Source: Sphyrna mokarran (lineage: Eukaryota). Taken from it: 64,000 nucleotides of DNA. A program made the position numbers and the translations under genes. Below the pieces are notes generated by a model. The model was given only the letters and a program-made list of their open reading frames with translations. It did not search any database and had not been told where the DNA came from. Below, in pieces: positions 52,116 to 63,960 of this stretch; positions within the stretch are counted from its first letter, which is position 1, and the number at the start of each line of letters is the position of its first letter. The stretch is taken from positions 112,344,001 to 112,408,000 of the forward strand of contig JAGIQG010000001.1 in assembly GCA_024679065.1 (NCBI GenBank), in the 5' to 3' direction.

Positions 52116-52232
52116 TTTTCAGGAGCATGTGCAGTACAGGCCAATGGCTTATCTCCAGGGTCAATCCAAGGTTGTGTGGGTTGTACAGTGCAGGGGATCA
52201 GAAAGATTGTGTACTCTCCTGAATAATCTTTC
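52116..52232 (-). CDS. FRAS1: FRAS1 coding exon (absent from ORF track)
   Basis: ctccacag|G AAA GAT TAT...CCT GAA AA|gtacgg; 117 nt, phase 2 to 2; KDYSGEYTIFLIPCTVQPTQPWIDPGDKPLACTAHAPE. Confidence 0.95.
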
Positions 52233-54283
52233 CTGTGGAGAAGAACACCATCAGAATAAAAAAATCATGCAAATTCTTTTAAAGCTTGGTGCTACATGAT
52301 ATATGCACAATGAGCTGATTTAAATTGATAAATATCTTACTATATCCTACGTAATCTAATACATGAATGAGCATTTGGTTGATGAAATCTTCATTCCAAT
52401 GGCTGCAACAATTTTTGTGGATTCAAAAGACTTTTTAAAATAGGATGTCACAAATGATAGTTTGCTGAGAAGTATACTTACTCCGTTTCAAATTCTGACA
52501 GGCTAAAAAATCACACAGAAATAGTCAGTAATGACAAAGAACCATGTCAATTAAAAATAAGAAGTTTTAGCAATTCTACACAAGGAAAGGCAGAAAAGCC
52601 CAACATGTTTGGCCATTTTTGACAGATCAAAATCTTGAATTATTAAGAATTATCAGGTTATTCGCAATCTGGACTTAGCAATACAAAATAGACTCATTTT
52701 TTGGATATTAATTTGGAATCTTAACCATACAAGAGCTTGTTGCTTGGAAGAGCTAAATACTCTTACTATAGTCTTAAATTCATGAAGGTGCTAATACTTT
52801 AACATAAATTGCACGAATTGTCCAATTATTACCTACTATATGCCCAGTTTTTAACTACTGACTAAAAACATTCCCCTATGTAATTCCAGTCACTACATTT
52901 CAACAGTTATTAATTGTGTGGGGCATTTTGAGATTGCCCAACACAAAACAGGATTATCATATAAAAATGACTTTTGTTGATATTATAAGAAGTGTTGCAT
53001 AGTATAACATTGCTTTTTCTCCACTTTTACAAAGGATTGTAAATACATTACCCATTAATACAGCTGACAAAAATTTCTAAGCTTATATCTTTTCATATTC
53101 ATTTGCATGATGTGGGATATCACTGGCTAGGCAAACATTTATTGTCCATTCCTAGTTACCTTTATATGAACATAAGTATTATTATCCCACAGATCTCACA
53201 GATTGCCTCATGTGAAATTATTTCAAAAAGCAGGATCTATCAATGAACATGCCAAATCCTGTATTAAAATTACATCCACTTAGAATAAGGTAACATTTTA
53301 TTTTAGATAATCATATTGTCTTATTTCATGCTTACTATCTTATATTGGGAAGCTAATCCTTAATTGAAGGATATTACTGCCTATCATAATACACTGCAAA
53401 CATTTTCTAGTTTTGCCACTTGGATTAATTATTCTCTGGAATGTGTCTCAGCATAGGACTACTGTGCTTTTACACCCTTGCCTTCCCCTGCATCTCCCCA
53501 AAGACTGAATTGAATTTTCAAAGTAAATAGATAAACCTTAAGAACACAACAATTAAAAGGGAATTTTATTTAATATATAAAATGACAAATGATAATTGTT
53601 GAATATTCTGATCTGCGTGCTGCTATTTGGTGGAGAAATATGGTTTTCAGAAGGCTCGATGTTAAATTCCCACAGGGATTCTATGGATTGTCCCTTGTAA
53701 GTTTGAGACAGAATCTAGGAAAATTTCAGAAAAACAATCTAAATAGAAATTTATTCCCAACCCCAAACCCCACATGAGTGTCTGCAGATCTTTTCCCTAA
53801 ATTACAATATTGCAATGAATGGTTAAGAGAACCGCACTGGAAATGAATATGGATCTTCTTTTCCTCTGTACATGCATTTTTGGTACACAAAGTGATTTCT
53901 GTGGCTGTGAAAACGTTTTTTTTTGGAGGGGAGAGGAATTTAGTCTTGTAAACAAAACAAGTATTGATTTTTAGTATGAACTGATGTTCAAAGTTTTTAC
54001 ATTTAGCTTCAGAATGTCTTATTATAATTACAAGTGACCAAAATAAAAAAAAACAGTACTATCATTGCCACAACAAACACTATGCACAACAAAGTACCTC
54101 ACTACCATCGTAAAAAAGTTAGATTAGCATGTACATTTTTCGAAAACATAGCCGTTGACAATTCAGAATAAAACTGCATTCTGCTTTCATGTGAAAAACA
54201 CTATCGGGTTTAAAACCTATTGTTAAATTGTGGCATTCCTTGAAAAGCACCAGGTCAACAAGGAAGTTGGATTTTTACTTTAC

Positions 54284-54443
54284 CTGTTGTAAGAACTAGT
54301 TGCTCGCCATAATTGATAAGGGGAATCAAATGTCTGAGCACTCCAGAGCAACTGCAGGTCAAATTCAATACCCCCCAAATGATCGGGAGCTACAATTTGA
54401 GACTTCTGCCCTGGCAGTGTGTGGTGATCCATCACAAAGTGAC
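54284..54443 (-). CDS. FRAS1: FRAS1 coding exon (absent from ORF track)
   Basis: ctttccag|GT CAC TTT GTG ATG...TAC AAC AG|gtaaag; 160 nt, phase 1 to 2; hand-translated GHFVMDHHTLPGQKSQIVAPDHLGGIEFDLQLLWSAQTFDSPYQLWRATSSYNR. Confidence 0.95.
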
Positions 54444-55591
54444 CTGGAAAGACAAACATATACCAGGTTCAGGCTTCTTTTCTCTGTCAGAATAGCACTT
54501 TTGTGCCATGATTTGGATGTATTTTCTTTTGCTCTCCACCATCATTGCCATTCTCACATGCATTTTGCTCTCAGTGGGAAGTGAAGAGGAATCATGTGCT
54601 AATTCAACACCTGGAGTATATTTTTAACTTTTACTTCAGCTTTATTCCTTTATCATTCAAATCCTGCTCAACCAGTGGTGACCTTTGCTACTTTTTAAAA
54701 ATCCAAAATCAACTTGCTTTTCTCTCTTTGGCTGTATATTTTACACTTTGAGGCAGGAGTAATTTATTTTAAGAAGAGTCTTCACTGATTGTAATCAGCT
54801 ATGAGGTTGAGATGAAAAGCCTAGATTCAGAATACTGACAAGATTTCATGACAATGTTTGCTCTGGCCAAGTGAGGAAATTCTGTGGTTGCAGTGTTCAG
54901 CGTACTTAAACAAGCCTTATGTAACACAAAAGAAATATTTACTGAAAACAATTAATGCCTACTTTACTGTATTGTACATAACATTGGAAGGTGAACTTTA
55001 TTCCTGGCAGGATTGCTGCTGGAACTGGTTGAAGTAAGACATGTGCCCATTGGGCAGAACCTGCTGCGACAGGATTAGATTGATTGAGTCAATTTATTGG
55101 CAGGTCTCCAGACCTTTCTTTACTCTTCAATTTGAGTTCTTGGGAGTTGAATTGCAAACGACAGCAATGCACAAGTCTCTGCAGGAGTGGATATTTCGTG
55201 GTCCTTTAGTAGTGCACTCGGATCGCAGCTTCCTGGGGCCACTCAGCAAGGTTTCTCGATGGCAGAAACAACCAACTGAGTAGGGTTCTTGGGAAATTTC
55301 TGTTTTGTGGGTGGCTGGGAAGACGTTGTGCTCCGGAGCCAGCACAGCAAAGTGTGAGAAGGAACAAATAGACAGTAAGACCAGGCATAAACTGGAAAAG
55401 TAGCAGTTCATTGGAATCAGTGTAGAGAAAAAAAACACACACAACAAATCCAATAGCCATGCCTACTTACCATTATTTAGATGTGATTGGCTAGGTAGGC
55501 ACAGAATAGTGTGATCCACCCAAAATGAGCAGAAGAAAATTCCAGCCATTTTTAAGGACAGTTGGTGGAAAACTATCAACCACCAACATCG

Positions 55592-55639
55592 CCCCCCCCC
55601 CCACCCACCCCCCACCCCCCCCCCCCCACCCCCACCCCC
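55592..55639 (-). repeat. C-rich tract (G-runs on FRAS1 sense strand)
   Basis: Runs of C separated by single A over 48 nt. Confidence 0.85.
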
Positions 55640-56298
55640 ACAAAAGGATCTCCCAAAACCTGAAGGTTTTTCTGAAGGAACTCCACCCAGAACCTCATAC
55701 TAGAGGACAAAATTATTTCTTGACAAATCTGCAGTATCAACCCATCATTAGACACACAGTATAACCATAATTATAGAGCAATACCATGGCTATACTGGCA
55801 GAGCAGTTGGTACAAAATGAATCAATAACTAAATTGAACCAGTTGAAAAGGTAAAAATAGTTATGTAATTAAAAACAGATCTTAATCTTGAAGTTTAAAA
55901 AAAGCCACCTCTGTTGCTCTTACAGTTTAGGAAAATTCAGATACTCAGCTTATCTTAGAAAAAGATTCTGGTATAGTAATTTTTTTGTATTGTAAATTCT
56001 CTATTGTGAGGACATGGGAATTGAATGTGGAATATGGATTTGGACTAGCACTGCTGGAATTTGAGTCCTGTTGCATGTGACGTTCCAGATAGATTACTCC
56101 TACATTTTCATAAATGTTACATTTTGGATTCAATAGTAACACACTGTTGAATATGCATTATATTATTATGATAAAAATGATTTACAGAACACATGATGGT
56201 TGCTTGTAAAATATGAATTATAATCAGTAGCTAATCCTTCAGTAAACCTTGGCTTCTCCTTTTTTCAACATCCTTCAACTCATGAAGGAATTACTTGC

Positions 56299-56406
56299 CT
56301 CTAAATTTTGCATGGGTCTTGAATTCAATGACAAGACGACCGTCGTCCCTTATATAAATCCGTATTATCTGCAGTCGCGCTGACAATACACTGTCAGTCT
56401 GTATCC
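56299..56406 (-). CDS. FRAS1: FRAS1 coding exon ending at a GC donor
   Basis: cgcag|GG ATA CAG...TTT AGA G|gcaagt; 108 nt, phase 1 to 1; GIQTDSVLSARLQIIRIYIRDDGRLVIEFKTHAKFR. Confidence 0.93.
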
Positions 56407-56499
56407 CTGCGTTAAGTAAGAAAATGAAAATCTTTGCATTAGATAAATGAAAAAGAAAGTAAAATTTAAAAATAGTTTCTTTGCAACCATCTTTCTTAC

Positions 56500-56650
56500 C
56501 TGTTCTCCATAGAACAGTGTCATAAAAGAATGAGAACTCCATCTCAGTGTGATGCTCAAGTGAAGCCCAGCCTCTTGGTGCTGTTACGTAAATGTAAGAG
56601 ACGTACAACGGAACTGACACTGTCAGAAATGACTGGGCAGAATCTCGTAC
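56500..56650 (-). CDS. FRAS1: FRAS1 coding exon
   Basis: ggcag|GTA CGA GAT...AGA ACA G|gtaaga; 151 nt, phase 0 to 1; VRDSAQSFLTVSVPLYVSYIYVTAPRGWASLEHHTEMEFSFFYDTVLWRT. Confidence 0.96.
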
Positions 56651-57214
56651 CTGCCAATTATAAAAGCATAAGAAAATGTGACCTGGGAGAAAACCTTTTG
56701 GGCCCGTTAATCCCTCTGCCCCGCAGTCTGTGAATATGATCCATTTCATGTGAAAACATCACAATCCATTGCAAGGAATTGTTCTGCAAAGTTTCTGCTC
56801 TCATTCCAAGATCTTTGGCATTTATATGCATATACTTAGACTCTCAGTAATCATACATCATGATACAAAATCTAATTGATATGAGAATGCAAATAAACTG
56901 AATAGTTAGTCTCATTAATAATTAATTACCTTATGTGAAGAGATAGACCAAACATAACAAGCAATATTATTTGAAATAATCACTTTTTCACAGACTTTAA
57001 TGGCGATGGAAATTTGTTTCATTTGCTCACATTCCCATTCTGAATTAAAAGATTGAGAGAGTAATTGTGCCTTTGGGTGATAGTATAAAATGAGTGGTAT
57101 CAACTCAGTCACCTTTAAATCAACGGAAACAAATGTTGTGAAGAGGCGTATAATGGGTGACTGACACAATATCATCATCCATTACACACCATTGTCCAAA
57201 GTCAAAATGACCCA

Positions 57215-57530
57215 CTATGAGTTCAATGCTTGCTCCAAGTCTTGAGCACACTAATAAGATTAACATCTCAGGGCAGTACTAAGTGTATGTTTCATTACTG
57301 AGGTTCCACCTTTCACAAAAGTTATTTAACTAGGGTTCCACCTATATTTTTATGTCGATACGAATGCTAGATATGTGGGTATTATATAGATAATCTAGGT
57401 CAATATTGTTCCTTCAACCATCACCATCAGAATCATTTGATGTGCTGTTTGAGAGATCTCTGTGTTGAACTTCATGGCAGCATGTCAAAAGTAATTAACT
57501 GACCTGAAAGCACTTCAAGAATGTCATGTT
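57215..57530 (+). mobile_element. Decayed Deu-domain SINE
   Basis: atgagttcaatgcttgctccaagtcttgagcacactaataag...gcagtactaagtg...caatattgttccttcaaccatcacc...aaagcacttcaagaatgtc. Confidence 0.6.
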
Positions 57531-57720
57531 ATGTTATTTAGATCCCTCTTTTTGATGGGTTAAAAATTAAAAATCTGAATAATATAAACTTTTTCTCTGG
57601 TTAAAATACTAAAACAAAGCTTTTTCTTTACTATGATAGCAGTGTTCACTTAATTGACAGAAATGCAAAGTGAAGTTGCTTACAATTTGGACCGTCGTCA
57701 GTCAAATAATTGTAGACAAT

Positions 57721-58529
57721 GGGCCAAATTTTACCATTGTGTTGCCCCATTTTTGGGCACGAATACTTAGTAAAATCGGGCGTGAGGTTTCCTCTTTAAC
57801 AAAGCCTGAAAATGACCTTGATCGAGACTGCAAATGGGCGCAACAGCCAACTAAACTCATTTACATGCATTTAAATTGACTCAATGGGCTGCACGCCTAA
57901 CTTTACTGGCACTTTCTCCTGTACCACCGTGTTCACTCATCCAGAATTGGTGCGAAACAGACATGCTCCACATAAGTTTGATTCAGACACTGCAGTTAGT
58001 CAGGGGGTAGGTGCAGAGTGTCTGATGGCTCTCTGCCTGAGATTGGTGGAGGTGGGGAGTGGGGATGGGGTCGGGGGGAGAGGGATCTGCTGCCACTCTG
58101 CCTCAAATCAGTGGGGGAGAGAGGGGTCTACTGCCAATCGATGCCTGAAAATCGATGGGAGGGAACGGGGGGGGGGTCACGATTGGTGTGCATGATGAGG
58201 ATGATGGCGGGATCAGTAATGTTGTGGGGGTGGGACAATATCTGTGGGGCTAGGGGGAGGCATTTTCTGGCCTGGAGTGGGGGTTGTGGCAGGACAGCAG
58301 CATACTCTTTTTTTGCGCACGTGCAGTTGGGAGGTGCCAATCGGAGTTGCAGGGTTTTGGGCGCATTAAGCCCTACCCCAAACTTGTGCAGCACAATTAG
58401 GACTCGCTGATATTTTTGCAAGCAGAGTGAGTATAGGGGTGCCTCAGAACGGGTCTAAAACTTGGATCTGAAGCGCTCCCAGTTTCAAGTTCGCCCAGCA
58501 CTTAGAATCAAAATGGTAAAATAGGGCCC
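57721..58529. mobile_element. Complete 809-bp Harbinger-type MITE
   Basis: TIRs GGGCCAAATTTTACCATT (57721-57738) and AATGGTAAAATAGGGCCC (58512-58529), 16/18 match; 3-bp AAT on both flanks. Confidence 0.85.
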
Positions 58530-58573
58530 AATGTTTGCAGAACGAGCATTCAAATTTTTGTGGATATAATCAC

Positions 58574-58788
58574 CTGGAAGTCAGCTGTCACTGAACCACC
58601 ACAGACATCAATCAGTTCCGTCATATCATAGTAAGCATCAAATGTCCAGATACAGCTCTTCAGGTTGAGATGCTTATAGAGCTGGATGGTCTTAGGTTCT
58701 CTTACATTTGGGTCAAATTGGAAAGGCCGATCATACCCAGGGCCAAGAGTGATGCTATCATAGTTGACATCATCTAGAAATCCAGAAT
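58574..58788 (-). CDS. FRAS1: FRAS1 coding exon
   Basis: tgcag|AT TCT GGA...TTC CAG|gtgatt; 215 nt, phase 1 to 0; SGFLDDVNYDSITLGPGYDRPFQFDPNVREPKTIQLYKHLNLKSCIWTFDAYYDMTELIDVCGGSVTADFQ. Confidence 0.96.
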
Positions 58789-58987
58789 CTGCAGACACAT
58801 CATAAACAGAAAGCATAAAGAATAGACACTCTGTTGCTTTTTATTCTCTGACTTCTAAAGTGCAGTTAGTTTCAGAACAAGAATAATTTTGATGATAGAA
58901 TCAATGTACAAATTATGGATAACATTCAAAGGATGCTAAATCAAGACAAGGTAAAATGTTTGATATTTTTCTAAATTGCACTCTAAA

Positions 58988-59237
58988 TCAGCTAAGAATC
59001 ATCAAGTACAAGAATGATAAGAATTACAAGGCTTCAAATGTGACAACATTTCTATTACTAGTTCCAAGTATTTCTCTGCTATATATGTGTATGTGGAACA
59101 AGATTTTAAAAATAAGGCATTAAATGTTGTATGAGACAGCCCTGGGAAACTAATTGGCTATCAGCAAATTAGAATGACTATATGCATGGTACTTGTTATG
59201 GAAGTAACACTTTGGGGGTCAATAACAAGGGTCAATC
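58988..59237 (+). repeat. 250-bp direct repeat, copy 1
   Basis: Aligns without gaps to 60702-60951 with about 11 substitutions (hand count). Confidence 0.95.
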
Positions 59238-59874
59238 TTTTTTTCAACAGAAGGGCTCTCCGCGCCTTAGCTGAAAATGTAACCTTGAATCCAGGGGTCC
59301 CGTCCCCCTATTTTTTTTTAGGCACCCACCATTTTTACCAGAGGATGAGTACAGGGGTGGAGATACATCCACAACAGAAGCAGTGGCACATTTAAAACTG
59401 CTTGAATCAAAAACAATTTTCATCATCCAGGTTTCTAAAATATGACTTATGGCTGAGGTCTAAAGCTGTGTGAGTCCTTTGGAGATGTCAGGACCCTTTT
59501 AAGATTCAGAGTAGACATGACATGAATATAGATATAAGGTGAATAAAGTCTATGGAACTGTCAAACTATTTAAACTCCTTGCCTTTTACATTTTGGAAGG
59601 AAACCCAATCAGCCCTGGATCTCAATTGAAAAAAAAAGTGCTCGCAATTTCAACAGTTGTTTGTTGACAAAAACATGATGGTCATCATTATAGGATTAGT
59701 ACTGCTTGACTGCTTCCACAACCTATCATTATCACAGAGTGAAGTCTCTAAGTTCTCACTTTGGCTAACAGCTCCAAGTGATTATAAATCTTTGATGTGC
59801 GGTTATGAATACAAGTATTTGTTTTTATAATGATATGAAGTTGTTGATGTTGGATTTGGCTTACTATTTAGCCA

Positions 59875-60404
59875 AGTAAATAATCTCACAACATCAGGTT
59901 TATTTGATGCACTGCTCCTACTTCAGAATGCTGCTGGAACACTTCAGTAGTCAAGGGGATTCAGCCTCTGATCTTCAGGTAAGCATTCTCCAAGGTGGCC
60001 TCCATGATACATGACAACGCAAAACTGCTGAGCAGAAACTGATAGTCAAATTCCGCACGCATAGGATAGCCTCAACCGGGATGTTGGGTTCACGTACACT
60101 ATCTGTAACCCCCCCATGACTTGCCTGGGCTTGCAAAATCTCACTAATTGTCCTGCTTGAGACAATTTACACCTCTTTTACTTGTGTTTAACCCTTTCTC
60201 CACTCACATTGTCTGCACCTGTAAAGACTTGATTATCTGTTAAGGCTCGCATTCCAACTGTTATCTTGCAATTGAGTTTATGTCTATATGTGCCTTGTTT
60301 GTGAAACAAATCTTGCATCATTTAATGAAGGAGCAGCGCTCTGAAAGTCTATGCTTCCAAATAAACCTGTTGGAATTTAACCTCATGTTGTGAGATTACT
60401 TATT
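59875..60404 (+). mobile_element. Penelope-like fragment (GIY-YIG tail plus terminal repeat) with inverted termini
   Basis: SASDLQVSILQGGLHDT*QRKTAEQKLIVKFRTH, homologous to 20572-20870; inverted ends 59881-59900 / 60379-60398 (19/20); decayed hammerhead 60322-60346. Confidence 0.8.
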
Positions 60405-60701
60405 ATTTTGAAAAGCAATTAAGTATTTGATGGGGTTAAATGTGTTGAATGGGCTCTTATCAATTACAGTGTTTTTTTAATATAGTAAACCCTGTATTAG
60501 ATACTTAAAACTTTACTTTATTTTATCTCATTATGCCTCCTGAGGTCTGCCCAGGCCTACTGGATGAGTTGGTATGTAGTGTGTAAGGGCACTGGGTGGA
60601 GACATGGGAATATGACAGACCACTGGGTATGGGTTGGGATGCATGAGTTGGGCATGGGTGGGGAAAGGAGTGTGCCGGAAAAGACCTACACTATTGATCT
60701 T

Positions 60702-60951
60702 TCAGCTAAGAGTCATCAAGTACAAGAATAATAAGAATTACAAGGCTTCAAATGTGACAACATTTCTATTACTAGTTCCAGGTATTTCTCTGCTATATAT
60801 GTATACGTGGAACAGGATTTTAAAAATGGGGCATTAAATGTTGTATGAGACAGCCCTGGGAAACTAATTGGCTATTAGCAAATTAGAATGACTATATGCA
60901 TGTTACTTGTCATGGAAGTAACACTTTGGGGGTCAATAACAAGGGTCAATC
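60702..60951 (+). repeat. 250-bp direct repeat, copy 2
   Basis: See copy 1; both give the ORF-track peptide MTICM.LVMEVTLWGSITRVN. Confidence 0.95.
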
Positions 60952-62602
60952 AAGAGAGCCTTGGTATTTTTGTTACTACTGGGACAATATTATCTAACAG
61001 TCTTTTAAACAGTCTACCTTGGCACTCAGCAACACCTTTGGTTGTCCCTGTACTAGTTCTGAGGGCAGCAGGCCAAAATCCTATTCATACCCCAAGGATG
61101 AAAATCTGAACATTTGGGGAAGTTTCTCCTGAATCATGACTGGAAAGGCAGGAAAATTTCCACCTCGGGAAATTTGGCCTAAAGTGATGGTTCATTTACT
61201 CACTATTTAAATAGAAACAGATGAAATATGGTTTCTTCCCTCAAGTTTAACTATTCAATTTGTTCAGAATATCAGAACTTTTCTGACCAAGCCATTAGAA
61301 ATAAAATCCTGTACTTTAAGATGTTTAAGTTTTAACGCATTGATTGAAAATAGATGGAAACATAAAAATGAAAGTTAGAAGATAAACATCAGTTGTTTAT
61401 TGCAGTTTGATCATAAGCATAATTATGAAAAATGTTGGACATAATAATAATTTTAATTGAATAATACTTTTAGTTAAAAGAATTGGCATGAGTATTTCTA
61501 TTCTGATTCATGTCATTTCCTCAAAATTGTCAACAGAAATAATTTTACCTCTTAGAATGGATATGTGGACCTATTTGTCTTGTTGCCTCTCAAAATACAA
61601 CACACTAAAGCCTGAATTCTCACAGAGAAGATGTGCCAGCAGGAACACAAATCCAGTGATCCAATCCCCAAACTTAGTGCATAATTTTCGCACTGGGGGA
61701 GGGAATTATAGGGTGTGAATGAATTCTGCCTCAGCAGAATCAGCAGCTGTCTCCAGAAGTGAGTTTGATGAATGAGGTATCTTAAAAGGCCAGAGATTAG
61801 ACCTTGTAGGAATAGGTCTGAACTCTTTGGATTAGTTTCAATATTCAGGTACACCTAAGGTAAGTACCAATAGTAAATGGTCCTGTGACACTTTTGGTAA
61901 AATTCTGGTGCCTTTTGGGACTACTGAAAAAGTAGAATGAATATGCGTAAAATGTGCAGAAGCCCATTACAACTGTGAAAGAACTGTCAAATCCATTGGA
62001 ACCATCACAGCTATCAAAGGATTTTATTCTGTTGTGCCTCAAGGTAAAAAAAAATGTAGAATTTATAAAACAGTGCTCGTTATTTCACTCAGATTGTTGC
62101 TATGAGCCTCTGGTTATCATTATAGGACTTATTTATTATAGGATTGCATGACTTATTTTACCACCTATTATTATCAGAGAGGCATCTGTTACGTAAGCAG
62201 TTTGACAGCTCCAAGTGGTTACAGAATAGGGATATTTATTTTCATAAGAGATTAAATACTTAAGTGAAATTTTTTTCATAAGAGATTAGAGAAGGCATTT
62301 CAATGTAGTGATTTTTTTTTTAAATCAGTAAATTTTTGTTTCAAATGGTGGCATCATTAATAGACTCGTAACTTTATTTTGTGTCAGCATGATTCCTGAA
62401 GTTTGCCCAGGGTTTCTACAGATAAATTGGCATGGAGGAAGTAAGGTCAAAGGGTGGTGGGTTCAGACTATGGTTCGCATGATTTGGCACTAAGTCACCA
62501 CAGCGGCTATAAAGAGCCAAAGGGATAAGTGGAGGGCATGGTTTGGTGTATTGGGTATGAGGTGTGAGTGAGGGTATAGATTGGTATAGATGGGGAATAT
62601 GA

Positions 62603-62625
62603 GGGGGGGGGGGGGGGGGGGGGGG
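62603..62625 (+). repeat. G23 homopolymer inside a decayed MITE-like repeat (about 62400-62870)
   Basis: 23 consecutive G; element ends gtgaaatctgggcc. Confidence 0.8.
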
Positions 62626-63000
62626 AACTGGATGGATGCTTTTCGTCTTTTGTTTTTTTTTCTATCAATCTTTCACAAGGTGCCAAAGCACCAGGCCTTC
62701 TACCAGCCTGCTTCTACACCTGATAGCCTCCGCAGTAGGCCCAACTTTTAATTCAAATCACACCCCCAAATCAAAATCCCAGCTTTCAGGCTTTTTTTTC
62801 ACGGGTCAGGTTCAAGGAGCTAGGAAATGTTCTGACTCTACACACCAACCATGGAGTGAAATCTGGGCCTAAGTTTTAAACATCATAATAAAACTCAACC
62901 TTATGTGCCATAGTTAAATCTTTAAATTATATTAATAAAAAGATGGCAGAAACTTTGCTGCTGACAGTTTATGGAGTTTTCAATTCACGCTTGGTTCTAC

Positions 63001-63161
63001 CTGTAATACTCCTGAGATCCTTGAGTGTAACCAGGTTGGAACAGATGTGTTGGTGCCGGTAAATGGATTCTGACAAGAGGAAGTGCAGGTTATGCAGCGG
63101 CATAGTGGATACTAGAGGTAGCATCCCATCCTGATGAGGGATCTGTACAGAAATGTGGATT
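63001..63161 (-). CDS. FRAS1: FRAS1 internal coding exon (1st in window; gene continues upstream beyond this exon)
   Basis: ttag|A ATC CAC...ATT ACA G|gtagaa; 161 nt, phase 2 to 1; encodes IHISVQIPHQDGMLPLVSTMPLHNLHFLLSESIYRHQHICSNL, recognisable FRAS1 C-terminal region. Confidence 0.95.
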
Positions 63162-63739
63162 CTAAGCAAAACAAGCGAAAAAGAAACCTATAAATATGTG
63201 AATTGCACTGTTCATTATCTGAACGTAAAAATATTTCACAATAATAGAGTTTTTATTCAATGAACACAGTTGGGTGATACTCCATTGTGCTTGCCTATCT
63301 TGGCATCACATAACCACTACTGATTGCTCTTTCGTTCCTCATGTTGTTCAGCCTGTAGAGATTTTCTGCAACTGTTGCAAATAAGATGAGAATCATATAT
63401 GATTTGTTGACTTCAAAACAAAAAAGACAAAGGAGCAGAATATAATGTCCCCTTGTCTGTGGTCGATTTGGTGGTAGACAGGACATTTAATCCAATAGCA
63501 GTGGATGAGGTCACCACCGTCCTCACCCCAATTAGGCCTATAGAGAATCCTGTCCTGCCCCATTGCAATTGTGGCCATTAAGTGAACAATTACTGCACAC
63601 TTAAGAGCCTCACCATGGCATCATATTGGGCAGGCTCTCATCATGTGGGGAGCATGACAGACAAATCTATGCACTTGTGGATTTCAAGTGGGTGTCTCTC
63701 ATTCAAAGTGCTTATTGAAAAGAATTATCATTGGAAGAG

Positions 63740-63960
63740 GAGGTCACCTCTTGATCTCTTTAGCCCCAAGAACTATATCTAATTTCTTCTTGAAATCACA
63801 CAAATGTTTCAACCTCAACTACATTTGGTAATAGTGAATTCCACACATTCACCATTCTCTGGGTGAAGAAATTTCTCTTCACCGCAGTTCTAAAAGGTCT
63901 ACCTCTTACCTTTAAACCACGACCTTGAGTTTTGCACTCCCCCACCACTGGGAACTTTCA
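63740..63960 (-). mobile_element. CR1 LINE 3' fragment
   Basis: gaattccacacattcaccattctctgggtgaagaaatttctcttcacc...ttacctttaaacc. Confidence 0.65.

Noticed and set aside
53596-53703. Signal-peptide-like stretch LLNILICVLLFGGEIWFSEG followed by gtaagt on +
   Set aside because: No in-frame ATG or acceptor; two stops directly upstream
62238-62290. Short direct repeat tttcataagagatta x2
   Set aside because: Simple slippage duplication in AT-rich intron
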